Of a DNA stretch of 63,328 nucleotides, positions 56,090-63,328 are shown piece after piece; the stretch's first letter is position 1, and every line of letters begins with the position of its first letter. A program made the position numbers and the translations under genes. Source of the stretch: Candidatus Desantisbacteria bacterium CG1_02_38_46 (lineage in GTDB: Bacteria > Desantisbacteria > UBA1551 > UBA1559); assembly GCA_001871015.1 (NCBI GenBank), contig MNUO01000005.1, positions 1 through 63,328 of the forward strand, given 5' to 3'. The notes below the pieces were generated by a model, which was not told where the DNA came from, did not search any database, and saw nothing but the letters and a program-made list of their open reading frames with translations.

Positions 56090-58669
56090 ATGAAAGCAGT
56101 GATTATGGCTGGTGGTTTCGGGACTCGACTTCGTCCGCTTACCTGCACTATTCCAAAACCTCTGGTACCAATGCTCAATAATCCAATAATGGAACATATA
56201 GTGAGATTATTGAGGAGATATAATTTTAAAGATATTATTATGCTTCTGCATTACCAGGGGGAAATTATTAAGGACTATTTTGAAGACGGCAAGGATATGG
56301 GCGTTAAAATTTCATATGTAGAAGAAGAGGAGGACCTTGGAACCGCAGGGAGTGTAAAAAATGCCCAGAAGTTTTTAACAGAACCATTTTTAGTAATAAG
56401 CGGAGATATAATTACTGACTTTGACCTTTCAAAAATTGTTGATTTTCATAATGGGAAAAAATCTCCACTTACCATAACCCTTACACGGGTGAAGAATCCC
56501 CTTGAATTCGGGATTGTGCTCACAAAAAAAAATGGAAGGATAGATAGATTCTTAGAAAAGCCCAGCTGGGGCGAAGTTTTCAGTGATACAATTAACACAG
56601 GGATATATGTTATTCAGCCCGAAGTTTTAGAATACATCCCGAAGAGTAAGGAATTTGATTTTAGTAAAAATTTATTTCCTCTGCTGATGGAAAAAGGTTT
56701 CCAGCTTTTTGGATATATAGCCAGCGGATACTGGCGCGACATAGGAAATATACCGGAATATCGCCTCGCACATTATGAAGCTTTACGAAAGGATATAAAA
56801 ATTGACCTTCCCGGTGTAAAATTGGGCGAAGTAGGCTCTGCCGAAAGTAGGCACTCTGCCAAAAGTAGGCACTCTGGAAGTGGAAGTGCAAGAGGCGAAA
56901 AAAATATCTGGTCAGGCAAGGAAACCATAATCGACCCTGCAGCAATCCTGAAAGGAACTGTGGTTATAGGGGACAATTGCGAGCTCAAAGGAAATGTAGA
57001 AATCTCTGATGCTGTTATCGGGAATAACTGTACTGTTGAAGATGGCGCCATCGTTAATAAATGTATCATATGGAATAATACATTGATTGGTAAGGGTGCG
57101 CATCTGAAAGAGAATGTTGTTGGAAAGAACTGTAAAATTGGGGATAAGGTTTTTATGGAAGAAGGAGCTATCATCGGAGATGACTGCCGCATCGGCGATG
57201 CCAGCCTCATCAGACAGGCAGTAAAAATTTGGCCTCATAAGGTTGTAGAGAAAGAGGCAATTGTTTCTTCAAGTCTTGTCTGGGGAGAAAAGTGGTCCAA
57301 ATCTCTCTTCGGTGCCTATGGAGTTACAGGGCTATCAAACACCGAGGTTACACCGGAATTTTCGGCTAAATTAGGCGCTGCATACGGTGCAACAATGGAA
57401 AAAGGCTCTTCTGTGATTACAAGTCGTGACAGCCATCGTTCATCCAGAATGATTAAACGCTCGTTTATTGCAGGATTGCTCTCCAGCGGGATAAATGTGG
57501 ACGATATAAGAGATATGCCTCTTCCAGTGGTCAGATACACTTTGCGGACTTCAAGAGAATATTGTGGTGGAATACATGTCCGAATGTCTCCTTATGACCC
57601 TCTGCTGATGGATATAAAGTTTCTTGATTCTTCAGGAATGGATATATCTTCAGGTAAGGAAAAATCTATTGAACGGCTTTTTTTCCGAGAGGATTTCAGA
57701 AGGGCGAACATAGAGGAGACGGGAAGTTTAGAAGTACCCTCCCGTATAGTTGAATACTATCGGGAAGGATTTCTGTCATTACTCGATACAGAATCAATAA
57801 AGAAAAGGAAGTTTAAAATAGTTATGGATTATGGTTTTTCAAGTGCAGCAAATATTTTTCCTTCAATTGTTGGGGAATTAGGTTGTGAAGTTATAGCACT
57901 GAATGCGTATACGAACGATAAAAAGGGAGCCAAGACCCTCGAAGAATTCAATAATTCTATTAAACAGTTATCCAACATTGTTGTAACATTGAAGGCAGAT
58001 ATTGGATTTCTGCTCGATACCGGTGCTGAGAAAATTTTCTTAGTTGATGAAGATGGTAGTATCCTGCCCGGAGATTTATCACTTGCTCTAATTTCTTTAT
58101 TAGTATTGAAGAGTCATTCGAATCCCAGAATCGCTGTACCTGTAACTGCCTCTTATGTAATTGAAAAGATGGCTGGTGAATATAATGCTTTAGTTTTGCG
58201 GACCAAAACTAATCCTTGTTCAATGATGGCAGTAGGTAGCTTGAAGGAAGTTGATTTTATAGGGGAAATTAAGGGGGGGTATATCTTCCCGCTGTTTCAG
58301 TCTGCTTTTGATGCAATGTTCTCCATTGGTAAAATTCTCGAATTGATTGCCAGAACCGGTATTCCTCTGAATCAACTTATCCCTTTGATTCCAAAAATTT
58401 GTATGGTCAGAGAACATGTATTCTGTCCATGGGAAACGAAAGGCAAAATTATGCGTCTTTTAATTGATGATACAAAAGATAAAAACAGGGAACTGATTGA
58501 AGGAATAAAGGTTTATGAAGAAGAAAAAAATAGTACACCCTGGGTTATTATTATACCTGATGAGGACCGCGCATTATTCCATGTGAATGCCGAGGCACAG
58601 ACTATAGAAGAAGCACAGGAATTGGCACGAAAATATGTTAGCAAAATTAAGGAGTGGCAAGGCGAATAA
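56090..58669 (+). CDS. Bifunctional sugar-1-phosphate nucleotidyltransferase / phosphohexomutase (mannose-1-P guanylyltransferase + PMM/PGM type)
   Basis: MKAVIMAGGFGTRLRPLT start, hexapeptide beta-helix middle, C-terminal PGM/PMM-like domains (ITSRDSHRSS region). ATG behind GGGAGG. The ORF opens at 56060. Confidence 0.75.
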   Translation: MKAVIMAGGFGTRLRPLTCTIPKPLVPMLNNPIMEHIVRLLRRYNFKDIIMLLHYQGEIIKDYFEDGKDMGVKISYVEEEEDLGTAGSVKNAQKFLTEPFLVISGDIITDFDLSKIVDFHNGKKSPLTITLTRVKNPLEFGIVLTKKNGRIDRFLEKPSWGEVFSDTINTGIYVIQPEVLEYIPKSKEFDFSKNLFPLLMEKGFQLFGYIASGYWRDIGNIPEYRLAHYEALRKDIKIDLPGVKLGEVGSAESRHSAKSRHSGSGSARGEKNIWSGKETIIDPAAILKGTVVIGDNCELKGNVEISDAVIGNNCTVEDGAIVNKCIIWNNTLIGKGAHLKENVVGKNCKIGDKVFMEEGAIIGDDCRIGDASLIRQAVKIWPHKVVEKEAIVSSSLVWGEKWSKSLFGAYGVTGLSNTEVTPEFSAKLGAAYGATMEKGSSVITSRDSHRSSRMIKRSFIAGLLSSGINVDDIRDMPLPVVRYTLRTSREYCGGIHVRMSPYDPLLMDIKFLDSSGMDISSGKEKSIERLFFREDFRRANIEETGSLEVPSRIVEYYREGFLSLLDTESIKKRKFKIVMDYGFSSAANIFPSIVGELGCEVIALNAYTNDKKGAKTLEEFNNSIKQLSNIVVTLKADIGFLLDTGAEKIFLVDEDGSILPGDLSLALISLLVLKSHSNPRIAVPVTASYVIEKMAGEYNALVLRTKTNPCSMMAVGSLKEVDFIGEIKGGYIFPLFQSAFDAMFSIGKILELIARTGIPLNQLIPLIPKICMVREHVFCPWETKGKIMRLLIDDTKDKNRELIEGIKVYEEEKNSTPWVIIIPDEDRALFHVNAEAQTIEEAQELARKYVSKIKEWQGE

Positions 58670-58671
58670 AA

Positions 58672-59640
58672 ATGGAACTGAGAGAAGATACAAGGTATAC
58701 ATATGCTGTGGCGAGAATCAGGGCATTAGAGACTCGTAGTCTTAATCTTGAAAAGATTCAAAGAATTGTTGATGCTGGCGATGCATCAACTGCCTGGCGG
58801 GAGACCGCGGGCTGGCATCTTTTACCAAAGGGTGAACTAAGCCCCGAGAATACCCAGACCGACCTGGAGAAATTTCTAATTGAGGAAATAAGATGTACAA
58901 ACAATTTATTCTCGTCTTTATCGAATGACCCTGAGTTGACCAATCTTTTTTTCTTGAAATATGATTTTCATAATTTGAAAATTTTGTTGAAAATATCTCC
59001 AGAATCTCTGGATGGAATGGTTAACCTCGGGTTAGTTCCTATCGAAAAATTAAAAGAATCGGTAATAGAGAGGAATTTCAGAGAATTACCTAAATTATTG
59101 CAGGAATCTATCAGAGAAATTCTAGAGCTAGTAAAAATTGACACCAATTTGCTTTATGGACGTCTGGATATGGTTGATATTATCCTTGATAAAAAAATGT
59201 TTGATTTAATTTTCAGAACGTTAAAAAGACATCCTGCTCCATCCTGTTCTTTCCTGAATATGCTTTTTCAAACTGAAGTTGATATCTGCAATCTAAATAT
59301 TTGCAGGCGTTTTAAACGCCTTCGCAGGAACAGAGATTTTTTGAATGAAGCTTTGTTACCGGGGGGAAAATTAGCTCTAAAATTTCTCCTGGAGAAATAC
59401 GAAAATAATGAATATGCTCCACTGAATGAATTTATAAACTTTCAAATCGCAACTTTCAAATTGCAGCTTAATAATCTCTACGAGTCCACTATTTATACTG
59501 CATTTGGATTGGAGCCGCTGGTTGCATTTTTGAAGAAAAGGGAAAAAGATGCGAAGATGATAAGAATGATAATCCTCGCCAAACTTCAGGGTTTGGCGCC
59601 AAAAGCCATATGGGGAGAAATTAATACAATCAATGAATAA
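58672..59640 (+). CDS. atpC: V-type ATP synthase subunit C
   Basis: YTYAVARIRALETRSL start and length are typical of the V/A-type C (d-like) subunit. Followed by subunit F with overlap. Confidence 0.75.
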   Translation: MELREDTRYTYAVARIRALETRSLNLEKIQRIVDAGDASTAWRETAGWHLLPKGELSPENTQTDLEKFLIEEIRCTNNLFSSLSNDPELTNLFFLKYDFHNLKILLKISPESLDGMVNLGLVPIEKLKESVIERNFRELPKLLQESIREILELVKIDTNLLYGRLDMVDIILDKKMFDLIFRTLKRHPAPSCSFLNMLFQTEVDICNLNICRRFKRLRRNRDFLNEALLPGGKLALKFLLEKYENNEYAPLNEFINFQIATFKLQLNNLYESTIYTAFGLEPLVAFLKKREKDAKMIRMIILAKLQGLAPKAIWGEINTINE

Positions 59641-59938
59641 GGTTGCAGTTATAGGTGTAGAATCTTCGGTATTGGTATTTAAATTCCTGAATGTTGATGT
59701 ATTTCCAGTTAAAGATGCGAGAGGGTGCGTGGAAGTGTTAAGAAAAATTATTGGGAAATATTCAATCATCTTCATAGATGAACTTTTTATTGATGAGGCA
59801 AGTTCTCTTATAAGTGAATCTGACAGGGATATTGCTATGACGATAATCCCATTACCTTTGCAGGGAAGGTCCTCAGGGAACGCAGTAAAAAGAATCAAAG
59901 ATTTTATTAGAAAAGCAATGGGTATTTCTGTATCCTGA
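59633..59938 (+). CDS. atpF: V-type ATP synthase subunit F
   Basis: 101 aa. KVAVIGVESSVLVFKFLNVDVFPV ... IIFIDE ... IIPLP pattern. Confidence 0.75.
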   Translation: MNKVAVIGVESSVLVFKFLNVDVFPVKDARGCVEVLRKIIGKYSIIFIDELFIDEASSLISESDRDIAMTIIPLPLQGRSSGNAVKRIKDFIRKAMGISVS

Positions 59939-60000
59939 TCCCGAAGGGATGGCTTCGCTACTATTATGAACAATTTTTATATCAAATTTTCATTTTTTTC

Positions 60001-60028
60001 TTGCAATTTTTTAAAAATACATTATAAT
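60001..60028 (+). promoter_or_regulatory. Sigma-70-type promoter (TTGCAA-16 nt-TATAAT)
   Basis: TTGCAA at 60001-60006 and TATAAT at 60023-60028, in an AT-rich spacer 53 nt upstream of the small ORF. Confidence 0.55.
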
Positions 60029-60080
60029 ATAAATTGTAGTAAAATGTTATTGTTCAGATTAAAAAAAGGGGGTGAGGAGA

Positions 60081-60215
60081 ATGGGAGAGGTTATTATGAA
60101 GAGTGCGGTAAAGAGAGAGAAGGGCTATATGTATTATGTGGACGGGAAAGGAAATCTTTGCCGCGCAAAGATGGCCCGTGGCGGAAAGAAAAAGAAAAAG
60201 AAAAAGAAAAGATAA
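60081..60215 (+). CDS. Small highly basic protein (44 aa) with poly-lysine tail
   Basis: ATG behind GGGGGTGAGGAG: MGEVIMKSAVKREKGYMYYVDGKGNLCRAKMARGGKKKKKKKKR. Preferred over the 100-aa ORF 59966-60268 in another frame. Confidence 0.6.
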   Translation: MGEVIMKSAVKREKGYMYYVDGKGNLCRAKMARGGKKKKKKKKR

Positions 60216-60250
60216 TTGTAAGTGGCACAGGAGAAAAGGTGGTTTTGAAT

Positions 60251-60288
60251 AGGGTTGGTATTTCGTAATGGGTACCAACCCTATTTTT
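60251..60288 (+). terminator. Intrinsic terminator
   Basis: 10-bp stem AGGGTTGGTA/TACCAACCCT (60251-60260 / 60273-60282), 12-nt loop, then ATTTTT. Confidence 0.7.
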
Positions 60289-60346
60289 ATAGAAACGATT
60301 AATGTGTTGTAACTCAAACCTTCTCGAAGAGTCCGATTGAAATAAT

Positions 60347-60448
60347 ATCAGGGCTAAAGTCCTGAGTTACATATCAGGGCTAAAGCCCTGAGTTACATAT
60401 CAGGGCTAAAGCCCTGAGTTACATATCAGGACTAAAGTCCTGAGTTAC
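60347..60448. repeat. Four tandem 26-nt-period family-A units (reverse orientation)
   Basis: Units at 60347, 60373, 60399 and 60425. Stems are GGGC/GTCC (one G-T), GGGC/GCCC twice, and GGAC/GTCC. A degenerate unit lies at 60309. Confidence 0.95.
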
Positions 60449-60457
60449 ATAAATAAA

Positions 60458-60940
60458 ATGAACTGGTTGGATATAATTATCGTTGTGGGTTTAATCATTA
60501 ATGTCGTCATCAGTCTCAAGAGGGGACTGGTCAGGGAATTGTTCTCGGTGATGGGGATAATCCTCGGTGTTGTAATATCTAGCAGGTTTTACCAGGAACT
60601 TAACTGGTTTTCAGGACTAATAAAAAACCCTGGCATTGTGAAGGTTCTTTCTTTTATCTTGATTTTTCTTGGCGTGGCAATAATAGTAAACCTCACAGGG
60701 CTGGTATTGAATAAAATTTTTAAATGGTCGGCACTTGGAATGCTTGACCATCTGGGTGGTTTTATCTTTGGTTTCATAAAGGGAATTATGATAACTGGAA
60801 TAGTTCTTTTTTTGCTTGCAAAGTTTCCACCGATGTCTGAGATTATAAATAAATCTCCAGTTGCATCTGCAATTTTACGATTTGTGAATAATATAATAAC
60901 CTTAATCTGGAATAAACCCGAAATTACAGAATATATCTAA
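60458..60940 (+). CDS. cvpA: CvpA-family membrane protein
   Basis: MNWLDIIIVVGLIINVVISLKRGLVRELFS start and four hydrophobic helices. Confidence 0.8.
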   Translation: MNWLDIIIVVGLIINVVISLKRGLVRELFSVMGIILGVVISSRFYQELNWFSGLIKNPGIVKVLSFILIFLGVAIIVNLTGLVLNKIFKWSALGMLDHLGGFIFGFIKGIMITGIVLFLLAKFPPMSEIINKSPVASAILRFVNNIITLIWNKPEITEYI

Positions 60941-60946
60941 AACAAA

Positions 60947-61612
60947 ATGAACAAAAAGAAAAATTTTTTCAAGACCGCAGAAGGGTTTGTTTTTATACTT
61001 GGAATAGTAGTTTTTATTTCAGGCTTTTTTATTCTTTATCCTGTGATTCAGGTTAACTGGAAAGGTATGCTGATGATGTTAATAACAGGCATTGCTGGTG
61101 GAAAAGGAGTTAGCATACCAGTTGGACTTGGAAAATCTTTACCGGAGTGGTTAGTATTTGTTGTTGCCGCATTGCAGGATATAGTTGCTGTTTTCTGGTT
61201 TTACCCATTCATAGTTCTTTTTAAAAATAAAGTTATTAAAGGAAAATTAATAGGCAATATAGTACAAAATGCCCAGTATACTGTAGATAAACACAAAAAT
61301 TGGCTGAAGCCATTTGGCGTGCTGGGCATTGGTTTTTTCGTGTGGATTCCACTCACCATGACAGGTCCCATCGTGGGTTCTGTATTTGGCCTCCTGCTTG
61401 GAATGAGTACGCCAGCTATTATGATTACTGTAACCGTTGCTGGTGTATTAAGCGCATTATGCTGGACTTATCTGTTTGATTTTATGTTTACCTGGGCAAG
61501 CAATGTAAATAAATATTTTCCTGCAATTGCCGTTATTGTTATCTTGGCGTTACTTTTGATTATTCGTCTTGAGGAAATATATAGAAAAAGAAAGTATGGT
61601 GAAACAGAATGA
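60947..61612 (+). CDS. Polytopic membrane protein (possibly small multidrug-export-like family)
   Basis: Five to six hydrophobic helices. The family assignment is tentative. Confidence 0.4.
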   Translation: MNKKKNFFKTAEGFVFILGIVVFISGFFILYPVIQVNWKGMLMMLITGIAGGKGVSIPVGLGKSLPEWLVFVVAALQDIVAVFWFYPFIVLFKNKVIKGKLIGNIVQNAQYTVDKHKNWLKPFGVLGIGFFVWIPLTMTGPIVGSVFGLLLGMSTPAIMITVTVAGVLSALCWTYLFDFMFTWASNVNKYFPAIAVIVILALLLIIRLEEIYRKRKYGETE

Positions 61613-62907
61613 AAAAGAAATTTATTTTTCTATTCTTTATTCTATACTCTTTTTCGGTGCATGCCGGGATAAAAAATGTTAAGTTTGACAATGGCTTAAC
61701 AGTATTGCTCAAAGAGGACCACAGGTTAAAAATTGTCTCAATTCAACTCTGGGTTAAAGTTGGCTCCAGAAATGAGGATACCACAACTTCTGGCATCTCG
61801 CATCTGATAGAGCACATGGTTTTTAAAGGTACGCAGAATTACCCCTGTGAAGTAATCCAGGACGAGGTGGAAAAAAGAGGGGGCGTGATCAATGCAGGGA
61901 CATCCCGGGACTTCACATATTTTTATGTTACACTACCCACAGGTCAGAATAACCTGTCCATTGGTCTGGATATTCTATTTCAAATGATGAGAAAAGCATT
62001 ATTTCCGGAAGATGAATTAGACAGGGAAAAATTTGTGATTGCTGAGGAAATAAACCGTAGGTGGGATAACCACCAGAGTTATCTCTGGGATTTGTTCAAT
62101 TCTGTACTTTACTCCTGTCATCCGTATTCTCAACCGGTATTAGGTACATCAGAATCAATTCGCCATATTTCAAAAGAGGACATTCTAAATTATTACAACA
62201 AGTTCTATGTGCCGGCGAATTGTACACTTGTGGTTGTAGGAGATTTTAAAGAAAGAGACATAATTATACTTACTCAGAGGATATTTGGCGGGGAAAGATT
62301 TTTCCAACCATCAAAGACCGTAGATGAAACAAAAGTAGAACCTATCGCAAGAAAGAATTTAGAAATTGAAAGACCTGTCCATCAGGCGTATTTAATATTT
62401 GGTACAGCAGGTCCTGATGCAGTAGATGACGATTGTTATTCAATGGATATTCTCTCTTATATTCTTGGAAAAGGAAGATATTCACGTCTCTACCGAAAAT
62501 TACGAGAAGAAAAAAGATTGGTGTGGAGTGTGGATTGCTCGTTTTTAACGCAAAAAGAAAAAGGGCCCTTTTACATCTCGATAGAATGTAATCCAGACAA
62601 AATTCCATTGGTCAAAGAAATTATATTTCAGGAACTGAAAAGAATTTCTAATGAGTTGGTCAGCGATGATGAAATTAAAAGAGCAAAGTCAATGTTTGAG
62701 ACAGGATATTTATTAGATGTCGAGACTTATTCTGGAGAGGCATTTAATCTGGGTTATTATCAAACAATAGGTTCATACAAGATTGCACTTGAATATTTAG
62801 GTAAAATCCTGAAGGTTACTTCAAGGAGTATGCAGAGAGTGGCAAGAAAATACTTCAATCCCCAGAATTTTATCAGTGTTATGATTATGCCACCTGGAGA
62901 AAAATAA
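61609..62907 (+). CDS. M16-family zinc peptidase
   Basis: HxxEH motif (SHLIEHMVFKGT), a downstream Glu, and a signal peptide. Confidence 0.85.
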   Translation: MKKKFIFLFFILYSFSVHAGIKNVKFDNGLTVLLKEDHRLKIVSIQLWVKVGSRNEDTTTSGISHLIEHMVFKGTQNYPCEVIQDEVEKRGGVINAGTSRDFTYFYVTLPTGQNNLSIGLDILFQMMRKALFPEDELDREKFVIAEEINRRWDNHQSYLWDLFNSVLYSCHPYSQPVLGTSESIRHISKEDILNYYNKFYVPANCTLVVVGDFKERDIIILTQRIFGGERFFQPSKTVDETKVEPIARKNLEIERPVHQAYLIFGTAGPDAVDDDCYSMDILSYILGKGRYSRLYRKLREEKRLVWSVDCSFLTQKEKGPFYISIECNPDKIPLVKEIIFQELKRISNELVSDDEIKRAKSMFETGYLLDVETYSGEAFNLGYYQTIGSYKIALEYLGKILKVTSRSMQRVARKYFNPQNFISVMIMPPGEK

Positions 62908-62927
62908 ATATGAAGAAATTGAAAAAT

Positions 62928-63014
62928 GTAACTCAGGGCTTTAGCCCTGATATGAGCATGCAGAATGTAACTCAGGGCTTTAGCCCTGATATCAAACCTA
63001 AAGGTTTGAATTAC
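62928..63014. repeat. Three family-A units
   Basis: Forward units at 62928-62951 and 62967-62990 (stem TCAGGGC/GCCCTGA). Reverse unit at 62991-63014 (TCAAACC/GGTTTGA, flank GAATTAC). Confidence 0.9.
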
Positions 63015-63328
63015 TCCAGTGATTTTTGTGGATTCAGTAACAGATTATTTCTTTGTATCTTCCTGTCTTTGTGGTTTTTTATATTGAATTTTGTAGTTAT
63101 AAGTCCGGTTTACGCTATGGCAGGTAGCAATTCTATCCATGAAACTATTTTAAACAATGGACTAACCATTATATATAAGCAAAACCGGGCAAGCCAGATG
63201 GTAATAATGGATATGTTCATAAAAGGTGGAATTTTTTATGAAGACGAAGATAAATCCGGGATTACAAATCTGGTTGGGAAATTATTGTTAAAGGGAACTA
63301 TTAACCGCAGCGCTGAAGAAATTTCTAG
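63006..63328 (+). CDS. Second M16-family peptidase-like protein (3' end outside window)
   Basis: The frame is open from ATG 62910 to the window end. Signal-peptide-like RLFLCIFLSLWFFILNFVVISPVYA, then TILNNGLTIIYKQN...GITNLVGKLLLKGT (no HxxEH, inactive-subunit-like). The start is uncertain: TTG 63006, or ATG 62910/62952/62958 through the repeats. Confidence 0.6.
   Translation, partial: MNYSSDFCGFSNRLFLCIFLSLWFFILNFVVISPVYAMAGSNSIHETILNNGLTIIYKQNRASQMVIMDMFIKGGIFYEDEDKSGITNLVGKLLLKGTINRSAEEIS

Noticed and set aside
59966-60268. 100-aa ORF (MNNFYIKFSFFSCNFLKIH...)
   Set aside because: It starts inside the AT-rich promoter region and has no ribosome-binding site. Its (EK)n stretch is an out-of-frame reading of the lysine tail. 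The 44-aa frame at 60081-60215 has a strong Shine-Dalgarno and a sensible sequence.
23447-63014. Integron attC sites. The elements are imperfect palindromes placed right after stop codons, with flanks GTAAC/GTTAC recalling the AAC/GTT triplets of RYYYAAC/GTTRRRY, and all genes are co-oriented.
   Set aside because: The flanks do not fit GTTRRRY (GTTACAT has C at an R position). Units occur in multi-copy tandem and alternating arrays. The flanked genes are core operon members (folD, pilT, rsmA), and no intI integrase or attI is present.

Overview
AT-rich bacterial chromosomal segment, apparently from a diderm organism (LptD-like, SurA-like, HtrA and beta-barrel proteins with C-terminal Phe). 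I cannot assign a taxon without a database search. Every gene I accept (about 60) lies on the + strand. The genes are tightly packed and many share start/stop overlaps (ATGA, TAATG, TTGA). All minus-strand ORFs in the track look like shadows of + strand genes. Housekeeping content: histidine kinase plus sigma-54 activator, pgsA, cinA, htrA, 5-formyl-THF cyclo-ligase, rny-ymdB, NfnAB-like oxidoreductase, proA, nadD. V-type ATPase genes sit at two separate loci (A, B, D at 16.7-22.0 kb; C, F at 58.7-59.9 kb). An Msh/type-IV-pilus-like module follows (TPR protein, ExeA/MshM-like AAA+, two tandem PilB/MshE-like ATPases), then an LptD-like protein, a sugar nucleotidyltransferase, pilT and a cNMP/GAF protein. 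Further on: radC, a folate C1 operon (folB-fhs-fchA-folD), cimA, a large glycoside-hydrolase-like protein with an MFS transporter, a surA-like/pdxA/rsmA block, cvpA and two M16 peptidases. Small accessory genes are wedged between housekeeping genes: PIN, two DUF2283, a nucleotidyltransferase-fold pair, a methyltransferase fused to a PD-(D/E)XK-like domain, an AlbA_2/Schlafen-like protein inside the V-ATPase genes, and HEPN+MNT. I saw no rRNA, tRNA, CRISPR array, transposase or integrase. The most unusual content is non-coding: three interrelated families of short hairpin repeats fill many intercistronic spacers. Family A is GTAAC-flanked 24-26 nt units; family B is GGTGTCAGG...CCTGACACC palindromes, including a 69-nt MITE-like element present twice, identical, in opposite orientations; family C is a 24-nt TGTAGTGGTCGAG-loop-CTCGACT unit, including an 8-unit tandem array inside the folate operon. 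Their stems show compensatory substitutions, and every imperfect pair is G-T on the + (transcribed) strand, which argues for selection on RNA structure. All product calls come from reading motifs by eye; no homology search was possible.
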